NCBI RefSeq assembly: GCF_006345805.1
Contig: NC_043019.1
Location: 8,741,360-8,805,359 of the forward strand
Direction of reading: 5' to 3'
Length of the DNA stretch: 64,000 bases
Source: Octopus sinensis
Taxonomy: Eukaryota
The translations under genes and the position numbers were made by a program. Shown here in pieces: positions 1 through 14,565 of the stretch; positions within the stretch are counted from its first letter, which is position 1, and each line of letters begins with the position of its first letter. Under the pieces are notes generated by a model. It was not told the origin of the DNA and ran no database searches. It was given only the letters and a program-made list of their open reading frames with translations.

Positions 1-110
1 GAGATGTCTTAGGAGTTAAACAGGTGATTTTAAATTCTCAAGCACAGGATAATGCTAATAATATAGCCTGAACAGGATAAGCTACCCCTATTTTGCAGAA
101 AAAAAAATAT

Positions 111-190
111 TGGTGGTCGGCTATGAGACTTGAATTCACACCTCCGTGATTATACGTTGCGGGGCTCTGAACCATTAAGCTAAACCGTCC
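111..190 (-). pseudogene. Degenerate tRNA-like sequence with encoded 3' CCA (tRNA retro-pseudogene or SINE head)
   Basis: Minus strand reads GGACGGTTTAGCTTAATGGTTCAGAGC...GTGAATTCAAGTCTCATAGCCGACCACCA. It has a box A/D-arm (GCTT/GAGC), a T-loop-like TTCAAGT, an acceptor stem GGACGGTT/AGCCGACC with one mismatch, and ends in ACCA. The anticodon arm is broken. Confidence 0.55.
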
Positions 191-583
191 ACACCACAAA
201 TTCTTCCGCAAATTTAAGGTATAGAGAAATCTGGCTTTATGAGATGCTATCATACGTTAAATTCAAATTACGATGAACGTAAGCAAACATCGTCATTATA
301 CACGTTTCGAAAGAAATGACGATTTCTTTCCTGCAGCAGGAACGAGTGTTGAGGAAGGTGGAAATATCTGGCTCAGTCACAACTCACTCAACAAAACTCA
401 TGGTGTTGTACTGCTGGATTTTTGTCTCCACAATCGGTGGCTGGCCCAAGAAGATCTGGTGTTGGTGTGATTAGATCCGAATCACTTATAGAGCTACTTC
501 ACCGATTCTTGCATTTCGAGAGAGTAAAAAAAACCGTTTCAACACACAAGTGTTTACTCTAAAATATAGGAGTGTAAGTAGGC

Positions 584-620
<37 letters not shown>

Positions 621-1514
621 GTGTGTGTATGTGTGCGTTTGTATGAATAAAGACATACTAAATATAATAGATGAATAATTTGTTTGTAGAAATAAATCAC
701 CGTTCGTGAGAAGAAAAAGAGCAGCGCCTTGTGTTACTTCCATCCAACTCCAAGAGGAAAAGGATATTGTAAAAAAAATTAAGTATATTTCGCAACGGAG
801 CATGTGAGAAATATTCAGATTATATGGAGACAATACGACATACGTCGGTAGGTGTTTCTGCTTCGATACATAGCTTCAGAATAGCAATTGATGCCCGCAA
901 GAGATGTATTCATGTATATAAGTAAAACTTTATATGGCCGAGAAAAATCTACATAAGTTAAATTAAAATGACATAAGTTTGATTGGCGATGATGACGTTA
1001 TGGACATTAAGGCTAAATAAAATGATATTAAATGACAAAGGAGCATTATTGTTGGGTAAGTAGTGAGAATTATGAGAAAGTATCAAGGTGTCAATTTAAA
1101 GCTAATATAATGAGAGAAAAAAAGTCGTTTTCATTGTAATATCTATAAGATCTATGAATGATAAGACACTGGCAAATATACACATACATACAATATAAAT
1201 ATATAGAAAACCTATACTATATATGTATAGATGGACTCATACATGTGTTTGTATGTATGTGTATGTGGATATGCGTTTTATAGAAGACTATGTTTTCGAA
1301 TATACATCCTTGATTTCCTGGGATGTCACGGTGACCCAGAACTTTTAGCCATCCATAACCTCTCCCACCCCTGCTATATGATATCTACCCCAAACCAAAG
1401 TTCTCAACCGCAAAAGAAAAAAAAGAACAAAAAAACTGCATTCCTTCTGGTTGAATTGAGAATTTTGAGATGTTTGTGCATATCTATAAAGTCATTCCAG
1501 TGTTAATAATAAAA

Positions 1515-1575
1515 GGCGCGAAAATAATCGATTACCGGAAATATTTATCGATTATCAAGTTTTATGGGACTTTCC
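1515..1575. promoter_or_regulatory. Candidate promoter/enhancer motif cluster (E2F, ETS-like, DRE-like, NF-kB)
   Basis: GGCGCGAAA at 1515-1523 (E2F consensus), ACCGGAAAT at 1534-1542 (ETS-like), ATCGAT twice (DRE-like) and GGGACTTTCC at 1566-1575 (canonical kappaB). Motif evidence only. Confidence 0.3.
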
Positions 1576-2016
1576 TTAGATGAATCATTGTGAATATAAC
1601 TGCGTTTGTGTGTGAATCTCTTGCAGTGTGTCGAAGGATGAATGTGCGTATATTTCTCATAAAGCGTAAGAATATATATAAAAAGATGGCAGCGTCTTCT
1701 TTAATAAAAAAATATATCAACCACATGGGTGGGTCGTCTTACGACCTGATATCTTTACGTTTTGCAAAGTTAGACATTTTCTTCTTACATAATCTCAACA
1801 GCTTGACCACTTCCGATGTCTGCAAATTACTGTCCATGTGGATAGAAATTGCTAGACTGGAGTTCTCTGGAGATTCAGAGGACTCGAGCAGTAAAAAAAT
1901 AGCGTATGAATAATTTATTAAAGTAGTCTACACTTTGGGGATTTTATATATATATATATATATAATTATATACACGAATATGTGTGTGTATGTTTATATA
2001 TATATATATAGATATA

Positions 2017-2050
<34 letters not shown>

Positions 2051-2113
2051 CATATATATATATACATGCATATATATATATCTATAATTATATACACGAA
2101 CATGTGTGTGTAT

Positions 2114-2153
<40 letters not shown>

Positions 2154-2428
2154 TACATACATACATACATGTATATATAATATATATATAATTATATAGA
2201 CGAACATGGGTTTTTAAGATTGTGTGCGTAGATATGCGTGTTTCTATGTATATGTATGTATATATGTATGCATATATGTATGTATTAGAACGGTGCAATA
2301 ACTTTGAAGCTTCCGGAAACATTTAAATGTTACGGAGAAAGTTAAAAGATCCAAAGTGAGAAGGAAAATGAAATAAATTACATCTTTATAAAGTACCACT
2401 CACGAATGCAATATTTCCGCTTCATAAT

Positions 2429-2647
2429 GTCGGCGAGCTGGCAGAAACTTTAGCACGCCGGGCGAAATAGTTAGCAGTATTTCATCTGTCTTTACATTCT
2501 AAGTTCAAATTCTGCTGACGTCGACTTTGAATCTCATCCTTCCGTATTCTATAAATTAAGTACCAGTTGCATACTGGGGTTGATTTAATCGACTGGCCCC
2601 GCTCTCAAAAAATTTCGGGACTTGTGCCTAGAATAGAAAAGAATATT
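2429..2647 (+). mobile_element. tRNA-derived SINE, local family A (tail variant 1)
   Basis: Head GGCGAGCTGGCAGAA..TTAGCACGCCGGGCGAAAT, box-B-like GTTCAAATTC, central GTCGACTTTG..TCATCCTT..TAAATTAAGTACCAG. More than 10 related copies in the window. Confidence 0.85.
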
Positions 2648-3334
2648 TCGGCGTTAAAACGTCCCTTTCAAAAGTTAAATACTTATAACCTAGAGCTTTG
2701 TTTCAGTCTTATGTAAGATAAACGTCGACGATATTTATTTTTGAGACATGTATAGATGGGAAGTTCTAAGCTCTTCATGTAGCGTCACGCCCTAAATTTA
2801 TGGCCCAGCGGCATTAATAATCACCTTCCACCAAAAATATTTCATGACCAAGAGAGAATAGCTGCTTCTTGCTGAGGCAGAATGGGTTTGGTTATCTGAG
2901 ACATATTTTGCTCAGCTGCCATACTGTTAACTGTGTTATAGCATGATTATATATTGGCAGGACCTTCCACAAGTTACACACCTAAAATAGAAACATTAGA
3001 CAGCTTCGCCTCAGTACCATCTATTAATGCCTGCGTATATATGCAAGTGGATATGAAAATGAGTCAAGGACACTTGTGAGATTCATCATTCAGGCTGTAT
3101 TTACCAGAGGGCACACAACGATCACGAAGCACCGGGGGTCCCATGCTGGCCTGACACTAATGAATTAAATATGTCATCAAAGCATATTCGTGTGAAAAGA
3201 GACATTGTGCTACTAAGATGATACACGACAGCGATTAACACATTCACGTCCAAATGCTCTGGAACATATAGACGAATAGAAGCAAGGCCATCGTTTAGCT
3301 TTCCGCTGTTCAACAGGCACGTAACTATTTAGTT

Positions 3335-3408
3335 TCACACATATATATGTATACACACACACATAGATATATATTTTTCTTTGTATTTATACACACACAC
3401 ACACACAC

Positions 3409-3491
<83 letters not shown>

Positions 3492-3843
3492 CATATACAT
3501 ATACATATATACATATTTATATACATATATATCCATGCATATATATGCATATATATATTTATGTGTATATATATGTATATATATATATATATTTGTGTTT
3601 TTATATATATACATGTATAAATATATATATATATATATATAATATGTTGTGTGTGTGTGTGTGTGTGTATGTGTGTGTGTATGTGCATATATATATTTCT
3701 ATATTTCTATATATATATATATATTTATATATATTTATATGTGTGTGCGTTTATATATATATATACATATGTTTATGCGAATATGCACACAAGTATATAG
3801 ACATGTATCTATCTATAATATATATATATGTATGTGTGTGTGT

Positions 3844-3876
<33 letters not shown>

Positions 3877-3900
3877 AAAAAAGAGTGAGAGTGACAGAGA
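3335..3900. repeat. Compound (CA)n/(AT)n/(GT)n/(GA)n microsatellite
   Basis: Directly visible; source of spurious YI/HT/CV ORFs. Confidence 0.95.
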
Positions 3901-4739
3901 TAAAGACAAAGAAGAAAAGAAAAAGAGAGGAGGAAAAAAGAGACATTAAGAGCTGGAAACCGTTGATGATATTAAGCGAAATAGAGAATGGCATGGATTT
4001 CGACTTCGTTCCATTCCATTAGTTGCCAGCTTTTAATTATGATTTCCCCTATGGTACAGGACTGTCCACATTTCCTCAAATGACCAGTGCGTCCGTCTGT
4101 TTGTCTACCTCAATATACATAGCCATACCTACTGAAATATCCAGACCGCTTGACCGATTAATTTCAGGTTTTCGGACATCTTTTGTACAGCTATAGTATT
4201 TTCTTTTTTGGTGTTGTTTTTGCTATTTTTATTTTATTATCTAACCGCGAAATAAATAGCAGCGTCACACAATACCCTCAATGATACACACACATGAGCA
4301 AGTGCGCGCACACACGCAAACACATACACACGTACATAGGCAAAAAAAAACCAACAAAAACTGCATTTACATGAATCCCATAAATAAAATGTGCATCAAT
4401 AAGCACACATAAAAATCTATGCACTGATATATATATATATATGTGTGTATGTATGTGTGTGTATACACACACATATATATATATGCATATATATATATGT
4501 ATATGTATGTATGTACTTATGTATGACCGTATGTATGTATATAAACATAAACGTGTGCATTTATATGTATATATACATACATATATTTGAGCGTAGATTT
4601 TTCATATCGATTATATGTGTATAGGTAAGCATATATACATTTTTAGGTATGTATATATACACACCCACCCATATATATATATATATACATATATGCATAC
4701 ATTATATATAAATACACATATATATGTAGATAGGTACAT

Positions 4740-4769
4740 AGATAAATAGATAGATAGATATATAAATAT

Positions 4770-4826
<57 letters not shown>

Positions 4827-4890
4827 GATAGAGAGAGAGAAAGAGAGGGAGACATAAGTAGGTAGATAGATAAATAGATAGATAGATAGG

Positions 4891-4974
<84 letters not shown>

Positions 4975-5050
4975 CAGATAGAAACACACATATATACATA
5001 CATACATACATACATACATACATACATGCATACATACATACACACACACG
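4740..5050. repeat. (GATA)n and (CATA)n tetranucleotide microsatellite
   Basis: Directly visible. Confidence 0.95.
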
Positions 5051-6568
5051 TATTTATTCCTTATCTAATTTCACTTTGTTGGCTGCTAATGTTTCCTCTG
5101 CCTGACAATAAACATGACGGTATTAAAAGCAAAAGCTGCAAGAGTTGTTTCGAAAATCTCCAAAAACCTGAAATTAATTGGTCAGCTTGTCTGGATGTTT
5201 CTGTAGGTATTTTATTTCAGTAGTGGCAGACAAGCACAGAAACTGATTGGTCATTTGAGGAAATGTGGACAGTGTTGTACCATATGGGAAATCATAATTA
5301 AAAGCTGCCAACTAATGGCATGGAACAATCTAGAAATCCATTGCATTCTTCTCTCTTCCGTATAGCATCGAAGCTACAGCACGTCATTAGCGGTAGGGTC
5401 CAATTACTGTTGCTTTGTTTTTACACTGACGCAGATGTTTTAGGCTTGCAATTCTGTCACTCTCGTGCAAGGACACTCTCCCTCCATGCCTATTGTTCTG
5501 TGTCACACTGTGTACCTACATACATGCATAAATACACACACACACACGCATATATATATATATACATAGCCATAAATATATATCTATATATGCATATATG
5601 TTTGTATACATATGTATATATATATACATACATATATATATGTGTGTGTGTGTCTGTGTGTACCCATATATATATATATGCGTGCATGTGTATAAAGGTA
5701 ATACATGTGTGTATAGATGTGCGAATGTTTGTTTGCCTGCCTGTGTGTTTGTGTGAGAATGTGTATGTCTGTGTGTGTATGTGTATGTGTATATGATTGT
5801 GTGAGTTGTGTATGTGCGTGTGTCCAATAATGCCAGCGAATGTATTAACGTTAATATCCATTTACCCACAAATACCGACGTGTTTACATTCCAGACTCAA
5901 TTTCATCAATTTTAGATAAAGTGTTCTCTATGATTTGCAACCTTCAGATTCCAAATTGAGTGCATGAAGAGCAGTTTGCTTCCTCGTCTACTCTTTTTAT
6001 AGCCATTGTCGGCATTGTGCTTTTTCATCTTGCATACAATAACAGAAGCTTCTGCTCATATACACTTCATGGGTAATGTAGTATTCGTAAATCTGGCTCT
6101 GCAGGTAGAAACACAAAGCCATTAGTGTATGTACTTCTCAAAACACACGAAATATTACGTAGATGTACTTGCATAGCAAGTGACCTGATCTGAGATCGTG
6201 TGCTGGAACGAAAACAATTGTTCCAGCGTGGAAGGTGTTTATAAGCCATTTAAGAAACACAAAAAAACCGTTAGGTTCACTTCAAAATTTAGATTTAATT
6301 TGTCAAAATATTTTCGTCGCTTTGAGTTGCTTCCGTTATGAGTATTCTCCTATCTTTCTGGGTTATTGCTAACGTTACTTTATTGTGTGCTTTTTAAAGA
6401 GGAGTCCATCTCCTCACAAAACCTCACTTATATAGATATATATAATATATATATAGTATTTATAATATATAGATATATATCTATATAATATATATAATTA
6501 TATATATACATATACATATATATATATTTATATATATATGCATCCTTACATATATACATGTATAGATC

Positions 6569-6632
<64 letters not shown>

Positions 6633-7062
6633 CAGCATGAAGTAGGCAACCACCAGTTTTCATAATTCATGTCTCTTAAAATGTGTCGTAGGTTTGGCAT
6701 CCGGTGCGAATCATGGCCGGAGCATTTCATTGGTAATAATAGGTAAAAGCACAAATATATACTTGGATAGGAAATGCTTCAAATCTATTGTTATTTATCT
6801 TGCAACCGAAACATTTCAGAGCGTTGGAGAAATGAATTGCCATGCTGATTCCCTTCTTTGCTGTGCATTTTGCCTTTATATTCGGCCTTTTATATCATAC
6901 ATTATATTATATTATTTCATTTCCAGTTTAGAATTTCGAGTTGTCTATGTCTATTATATTAAGATATATAGCATCAGCTAAAGCGTAAAATATCTATATG
7001 CTACGGGTGTATATATAATATGTAAATATGTGTACATATAGTTATTCGTATACGTACAGATA

Positions 7063-7242
7063 TAGCACGAAGTATTTCGTTCGTATTTTCGTTCTGAGTT
7101 CAAATTCCATCGAGGTGAAGTTTGCCATTTTAAATTCCTTTGGGAGTCGACGAAATAAGTATCTGTTAGCAACTAGGGGTCGTTGTAATCAAATTCTCTT
7201 CAACCCATAATTGCTGGCCTTGTACCGTAATTTAAAATCAAT
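7063..7242 (+). mobile_element. SINE family A, degenerate and 5'-truncated
   Basis: GTTCTGAGTTCAAATTCC..GAGGTGAAGTTTGCC..GTCGACGAAATAAGTATC matches the family A core. Confidence 0.7.
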
Positions 7243-8462
7243 GTGAGAGCTGCAGGATGGATTATACTACATTTTGAATATTCTTTGCCTTGTGGTTATT
7301 GGTGCTGGTCTCACGGACATGAAATCCTGTGTTCGATTCTCAGGCCTTGTGGAACGTTGTTTCTTTCACCATAGCATTTCATTTTTATTTCCTCCAGGTC
7401 ACTCAAACGATAATCTATACCAGCAACAAATTGAAAAACTGTTATTATAATCCAACCGATTTAAATTTTATGAGAATTTTAACTATTACAAGTAAGCGTT
7501 TTCTCATGGTCGATCAACATACGAAGGGGTTCTCTCAAAGAAATTTTGCAATATGATTCTATTCACTTAGTTTTCCATGCTTAAACTTCTATCGACTTCA
7601 AAGTATTCTTGATTTGAAATAACACATCGGCCCAGACGCGTTCTCCACTGCTCGAAGCAATCCTAGAGCCCTTACAAAGTGATGCCTTTTAATGCCTGCA
7701 TCGTTATTTCTTCACCCTTCCATATCTGCGAAAAGTCTTCCTCTAAGGATTCTTTTTAAATTCGGCAAAAAAAAAAAAAAACACCCATCGGTATTCTATG
7801 AGAAAAGTATCAACATCTAGCGACAGAAACAGCAAGTGGCTGTATATGACACCGTCTTAAAAAGAGAAAAGGCAACGGATTAAAACGGGCAAAGTATATA
7901 TAACACCCGAAACCTATCAGTGTGCTCATGGCTGCTTCTCATTTTCTGATAGATCAACTGGAATATATCTGACATAATGGTGCAAGTGCACAAGACGAAA
8001 TACAAGTGAGACAACTGTCCAGTCAGCACCATAGTAGCAAGCGCTGTGTTTAATACCTTCAAAATTATTATTAACAAAATCGAAACGAATATTCTGATTA
8101 TCGCCACAGCCATATTGTCCCCATTAACAAATAACAATTGCTAAAGCGTCGTTGTCAGGTACGGCATTGACCAGTTGTCTCGCTTCAGAAGAGCAGGACA
8201 GCAAAAAGGATATCTAGCTTGGCCTTCTCTCGCTAATTCTTACTTTGCTTTTAATATATTTGGCATGCATACACACCTGCACAAGTACATACACACATAC
8301 ACATATGCATACACACACACATATTTCAATATATAATAACGTATGTGCATATACAAATATGCGTATCTATATGGATATGACAAGGTGCTAATATGTAAAT
8401 ACGTATATATATATCTATATCTGTGTGTGTAGGGGCGTATGTATGTGTGTGTATATCTATCC

Positions 8463-8523
<61 letters not shown>

Positions 8524-8755
8524 AATCATAAGCGCCTGTGTGTATAACACAAAGGAGACAGAGAGGGAAAGAGAGACGACACAGCTAGAGAGAGAAAGAA
8601 AGAGAATAACGAAGGAGAAAAACTGTCAGTGAATTAAAGGCTTAAACGGAGAGATACACTTTAATTACAAGTCGTTGATATAATTTGCATATTCCAGATA
8701 GTTTCAAAACTGTCTGCATTATCACTCACGCTCAGACAGCAAATTCAGAAGCACA

Positions 8756-8789
<34 letters not shown>

Positions 8790-9275
8790 TACACAAGTGT
8801 GTGTGTGTGTGATGTATAAAAGTATGTATGTAGGTGAGGTCATATACGTGTGTTGTGTGCAGGTGTATGCATGTGTATCTTATGTTTGGGTAAATTCTTG
8901 TATAAGTTTAAAGGATCTCATCTTCATATTCTGATCACATACCTAATTGGGAGGGGCGATATCCCTGTTGAATATAGATGAGGTGCATCTCACTTTCTCT
9001 TTCTTCGGGAGGCATAAATACAGATGGTCATACACACACACACACACACAACAAACACAAACACACATGTGTATGAATGCTTCTGTGTGTACGTGTGTGC
9101 GTTTCTTCCAATGGATATTACCATCCTCCGTAAGCTTCGGTTCACGTCTCATTGTCCATCTCTCTTTCCCAACATATATACACCACATCCACACATGCTT
9201 ACATAAACACTTACACACGCACACATATATATATGTATGTGTGAGTAATTTATTTATATATGTATATATACATGT

Positions 9276-9523
9276 GGAGGCGCGTGGCTTAGTGGTTAGG
9301 GTGTCAGCATCATGATCGTAAGATTGTGGTTTCGATTCCTGGACGGGCAACGCGTTGTGGTCTTGAGCAAAAAAATACATTTCACGTTGCTCCCCTCCAC
9401 TCAGCTCGCAAAAATGAGTAGCGCTGCGATGGACTGACGTCCCGTCCAGCTGGGGAACACATACGCCATTTAAACCGGAAAACCAGGCCCATGAGCCTGG
9501 CTAGGCTTGAAAAGGGTGCATTT
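9276..9523 (+). mobile_element. tRNA-derived SINE, local family C (CORE-like middle)
   Basis: Head GGAGGCGCGTGGCTTAGTGGTTAGGG (box A) ... GGTTTCGATTCC (box B), then TTGAGCAA..TTCACGTTGCTCC..CCACTCAGCT..AAAATGAGTA and CTGCGATGGACTGACGTCCCGTCCAG. Confidence 0.8.
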
Positions 9524-9588
9524 ATTATTTTTACATATACATACGTACAAGCATCTATCAATTCATATATATACATGTGCGAACCGGG

Positions 9589-9717
<129 letters not shown>

Positions 9718-9989
9718 CGTTTGTGTTTTTATTTCAAAGAGCATAGAAGTTATTACAATCATCATCATGTGAACTCCGCTCTCTTCTTCATTACTAATAA
9801 GGGTCACGGAAAAAGTTTTGGATTCACACCGAGCTTCTCGACAATGGTGAACAGGACAACGTCTTCTTATGTCAGACCGGCTAGAGTTTTACCAGCATTG
9901 AAGCAACCTGGAGAAACTTGGAATATGATATATCCAAATGTGATAAAACAATCTGCAGTTGACCAATAAAATGGGAACTTGCCTGAAAT

Positions 9990-10250
9990 CACCGTTTGTG
10001 AGTTGGCATAAATAACAGTCGACCCTAGCAGAGCTATTCTTCAAACTTTGCTGCAAGGCATTTTTACTTGCTCCCTCTAATATTCAGAGGTCCAGCCTAC
10101 TAATTCCTGCATCATCGAAATATATGGAATCGAAGAAAGAAAGGTGGACCCGTAGATTATCTCGAAGTTATTAAGGTATTTGATGTTTTTTTCAGCGTGT
10201 TTACAATGTCCGCTCAAACAGCTATTCTTTTTATCTTCTTGAGGCGACAT
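9990..10250 (-). mobile_element. Possible highly decayed RLE-type LINE C-terminal fragment
   Basis: Minus-strand translation includes RIALLGSTVI, similar to the (I/V)ALLG C-terminal motif at 38200-38240. Many stops and frameshifts. Confidence 0.3.
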
Positions 10251-10851
10251 TTTCACAATATCTAAAGACGGAAGCCACTTCAGAACTTTAGATGCAATGC
10301 AAGATGCGTTTCCACATCAAGCCAACAATCACCAAACACGGATGACTACGGAATCAGTGCTTTTATTTATTTATTTATTCATTTGCCTTTTTTTTTGCAG
10401 TGTAGAAAATCTAAATTGAAGAAGAGTTTATTTTCATATGTAAAGGGCAAAAATATTGTTACTGGTGAAAAATACGTTTAAAAACTGGAATAATGTTCGT
10501 TTCCACGTATTGAAAGGAAGAGAAAGAAATATGTAACGACACAAAAATATTATATATACATATCAAACATGAACATTATATACAATATGTTTAATTAAAA
10601 GCCAGTTCTTTCGTTACAGGGAGAAATGTAAGAGAGGGCAGTGATCTTTATGCCAAAGGAAAACAGAAAGTATTCCAATGGTTCTCTGTATAACATACAG
10701 AAGCTTTTGTGTCATACCTCCAGCATTCATTTTCGCAAGTGGTTTCCATAATCGTTACTAAGCAGACCGTGTATGCTGTGTAAAATCCCTCGGCACACAT
10801 TTACACATCCTTGTAAACACATCATCACAAAATCACACACATGTGTATGTG

Positions 10852-10882
<31 letters not shown>

Positions 10883-11869
10883 ATATGTATGTGTATGTAT
10901 GTGTATGTATGCATATGTACGTGCGCGCGTAAGTCTGTGTGTGTACGTGTGTGTCTGTGTGTGTGAGTCTGTGTGGGTGTGTGTGTCTGTGTATTGTTTT
11001 TGTTGCTCTTTGGTTGGTTTATGTCTAAAATACAGAGATTTTCTTTTTAACAGAAAATTCGAAAAGAAAACATTATATTAGAATAAAAAAAGTATATCAA
11101 CTTGATACGATACTTTATCCCAGTGACAATATGATATCACATCACACGATATAAACTATTATAGTTGCTCTATTCAATTATTTGCCTCGAAGCGAGAGAA
11201 AAATAATATGCTTGTGTGTTTATGGTATGTTTATAGCGATATATATTATAATATGTTCTTTCATCTTCATAGAATTTGCCATAAACCTCGCCATATTTTC
11301 TTCATCAGGGGGCTTTTTTTTATAATACTTGAATAGACGTTGATTTCCTATCGTTTCTTGTATGTTATATCTCCAAAGAATCCCTTTGTGAACATTTGAT
11401 GATGTGTGTATATCTGTAGATATATAATCCTGTCAACACTGTTGCAGTCCGTGGAGTTAGCGTTTGTGATGATGGTGGTAGTGGTGGTGGTGGTACTACT
11501 GTTGCTGTTAATGTAGGTGACATTGGTGGTGGTGGTGGTGGTGGTGGTGATGGTGGTGGTGGTGAACGTGAAGGCATTGTTGTTCTCGTTATCGCCATTG
11601 ACGTTCTGTCTTCTTTGCTTTGCTCTTCCTTATTGTTGGTTGTGTTAACCTTTTGTCGCTATTGGTCTACCATTTTGTTGCTTTTGTGGTTGCTGATGGT
11701 CGCCTTAACGGGGCTGTTGTTGTCGTCGTCGTTGATGGGACTGTTTTGTTGTTGTTGTTGTCGTTGTTATTGTCTTCGGCTGTGTTGTTGTCTCTGTGGT
11801 TATTTTTGGAAGTTCTCTGCTGCGTTAGTGATGGTACTCTTAGTATTCGGGACGGCGTTACTGCAGCTG

Positions 11870-11889
11870 CTGATATTGCTGCTGCTGCA

Positions 11890-11948
<59 letters not shown>

Positions 11949-12320
11949 AACTACTGCTGCTGCTGCTGCTGCTGCTATTACTACTAATACTACTGCTGCT
12001 ACTAATACTACTAATACTATTATTATTACTACTACTACTACTAATACTACTACTACTACTCTACTACTACTACTACCCTTGCAGCTGTTACTTCTACTAT
12101 CACTGGTAATTGCCCTGCAGTTGCTGATCTCTCACTGATACTACTACCACCACCACCACCACTACTACTACTACTACCCTTGCAGCTGTTACTTCTACTA
12201 TCACTGGTAATTGCCCTGCAGTTGCTGATCTCTCACTGATACTACTACCACCACCACCACCACCACCACCACCACCACTACTACTACTACTACTAATACT
12301 AATACTACTACTACTACTAC
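11870..12320. repeat. (TAC/TGC/CAC)n trinucleotide block containing a ~101 bp tandem duplication
   Basis: The unit CCCTTGCAGCTGTTACTTCTACTATCACTGGTAATTGCCCTGCAGTTGCTGATCTCTCACTGATAC starts at 12076 and again at 12177. Confidence 0.9.
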
Positions 12321-13277
12321 AACACCGGCAGTGAATCTTCAGTAAGCAAGCACGATCAAAGACATTCCACACACGACCATGCCTCCTACTTTCAACGTAC
12401 GAGCTTCTGACCTTCATATCATCGTAGACTGTAAATATGAGATTTCGCTTCTGTTTCTAGAAGGTGTGCGACCAGATAAACGCCCTTCCTTTCCACTGGT
12501 GGTGGTCATATTTTGGTTGAAGGTTCCGTAGTTATATCTTTAGCGTTGGCGTCGTTGCTTTTACTTTTGATGAGAATATTTTGCCACAATTTGCTGCATG
12601 TCATCGTTTCAAGCTGTCATCACGGAAACTGGACACAATTTGCATAAGTGCTTCCTGTCATAATTGTGGAAACTATATATAAGATAGCAGAGTACTACAT
12701 GATGTCTTCATCATTGCTTCTCCTAAAATACAAATTTGGTTACCATATGAAAAGGGGTTTTATGGTGACTGAGATTGAAAACACAAAAGACAGACAGATT
12801 ACTTTACAGCCAGACACTCTTGGACATTTTCATGTTTCATTTGGAAAAGCAAGTACCAGGCTGCTTCAACCGCTAGCCCAGTAAATTTGCTGAAAAAAGT
12901 ATGCGAGAGTGGGTAAATTTTGTTCGAGAAAACAGGTCATGTTTTACGTCTCTTTAGACCAGGACGCGGGAGTAAGGAAATGAATCTTGTCTTTAGCGAT
13001 CAAAGAAATCCTGGTTCTTTAGGATATTTTGATTGCTGCCCTAATAGACAATTTCATTCGTTGGAATTCTTTGGTTGCCAGTTGTTTCTTATTAAGATTT
13101 GTACCTGTATCTGTGTAACCTCGATCAAAATTAATCATATCCTGTTATATTGTGCAGTTCCTCGATACACCTGTGTCCTTAGAGCTATTCAGAAGAACGT
13201 CACCATCATCTTCATCAGCAGCCTCAGCTTTATCGTTACTACCACCTCTCCTTCTTCTCCTCCTCCGCCTCCTCCTG

Positions 13278-13318
<41 letters not shown>

Positions 13319-14532
13319 GCTGCTGCTGCTACTACTACTACTTCTGCTGCTGCTGCTGCTACTACTACTACGATATCTTTATTTAAATTAGGAATCAGTA
13401 TACTACAAATATTAACACTACAGTTACTACTATTACTATTCTTGTCATTACATTATTATTATTATTATTATTAATATTATTGTTGTTATAATTATTATTT
13501 CTTTTGCTTTGTTTTTTTCCCGAAAAAAGATTAATATTAAGTATCTCCAAACATTATCGTTGTTTGTGTAAGAGTCGCTGAGGTTGTTTCTCTTCGTTTG
13601 TATGCGTAGATTTTCTGTTTGTTTTCGTTTGTTGAATTCAAATTAGTTCGTGATTTTGCACAAAATGACTACATTTCACTTTTGGAGTCTTTTTCCCCCT
13701 TTTGTTTTTCAATTTATTGTATAATCTTTATCTTTCTTTTTTTTTCTATTTCTGTTTTTTTTATTACATATTCACAAGCGATTATAAGTGATTTTTGAAA
13801 AATATAAAAATATTCACCACATGAAAATGCAAATATACACACACACACACATCCATCCGTAATTAACATACATAACATGCATGTATACTAATCTACGTGT
13901 CTATATACTCACACAACAGCCGAAACATGTATATGCATATGTATGCGTGAGCGAATGCAGATGAGCATGTATGTGTAGAAACACCTACAGAGCTGCATAC
14001 ATACATATACACACATACAAGCATACACATATATATATGATCTTACACACATGCACCCACCCACACACACACACATATATATATATACATATGATCTTAC
14101 ATATATGCTTATATATATATATATATATATATATATGGATATATATTTCTATGTACATACATTCAGTGTGTGATTATGTGCGTATAAATATTCATACATA
14201 AGTAGGTGTACGCACACACTCACATACACACACACACTCACTCACACACACAAACACACACACACACACACACTCGCTCTCCCTCTCTCTCTCTAGCATA
14301 CACACACACACACACTCTCTCTCTCTCTCTCTCTCTCTCTAGCACACACACACACACAAACACACACGCATACTCACTCGTACACACGTGCGTATATGTG
14401 TATACATGTTTTGGGGTGTAGTGTGAGTGTGAAAAAAGCGAGAGGGCGATAAAAATATGTGAAGATTTGGAAAAAAAAATTTACTTCCATCCAATATAAA
14501 GACCTTTTAATAAACACGTTCGACAACAGTGA

Positions 14533-14565
<33 letters not shown>

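Noticed and set aside
11615-12138. Hydrophobic or Thr-rich ORFs resembling a membrane protein or mucin
   Set aside because: Non-ATG starts and composition dictated by (TAC/TGC/GTT)n. The minus-strand frames are all interrupted near 11650-11670.
12100-12430. Minus-strand YDDMKVRS.. after a TTTACAG, reminiscent of a TGF-beta C-terminus
   Set aside because: The required CxC motif is missing and no upstream exons were found.
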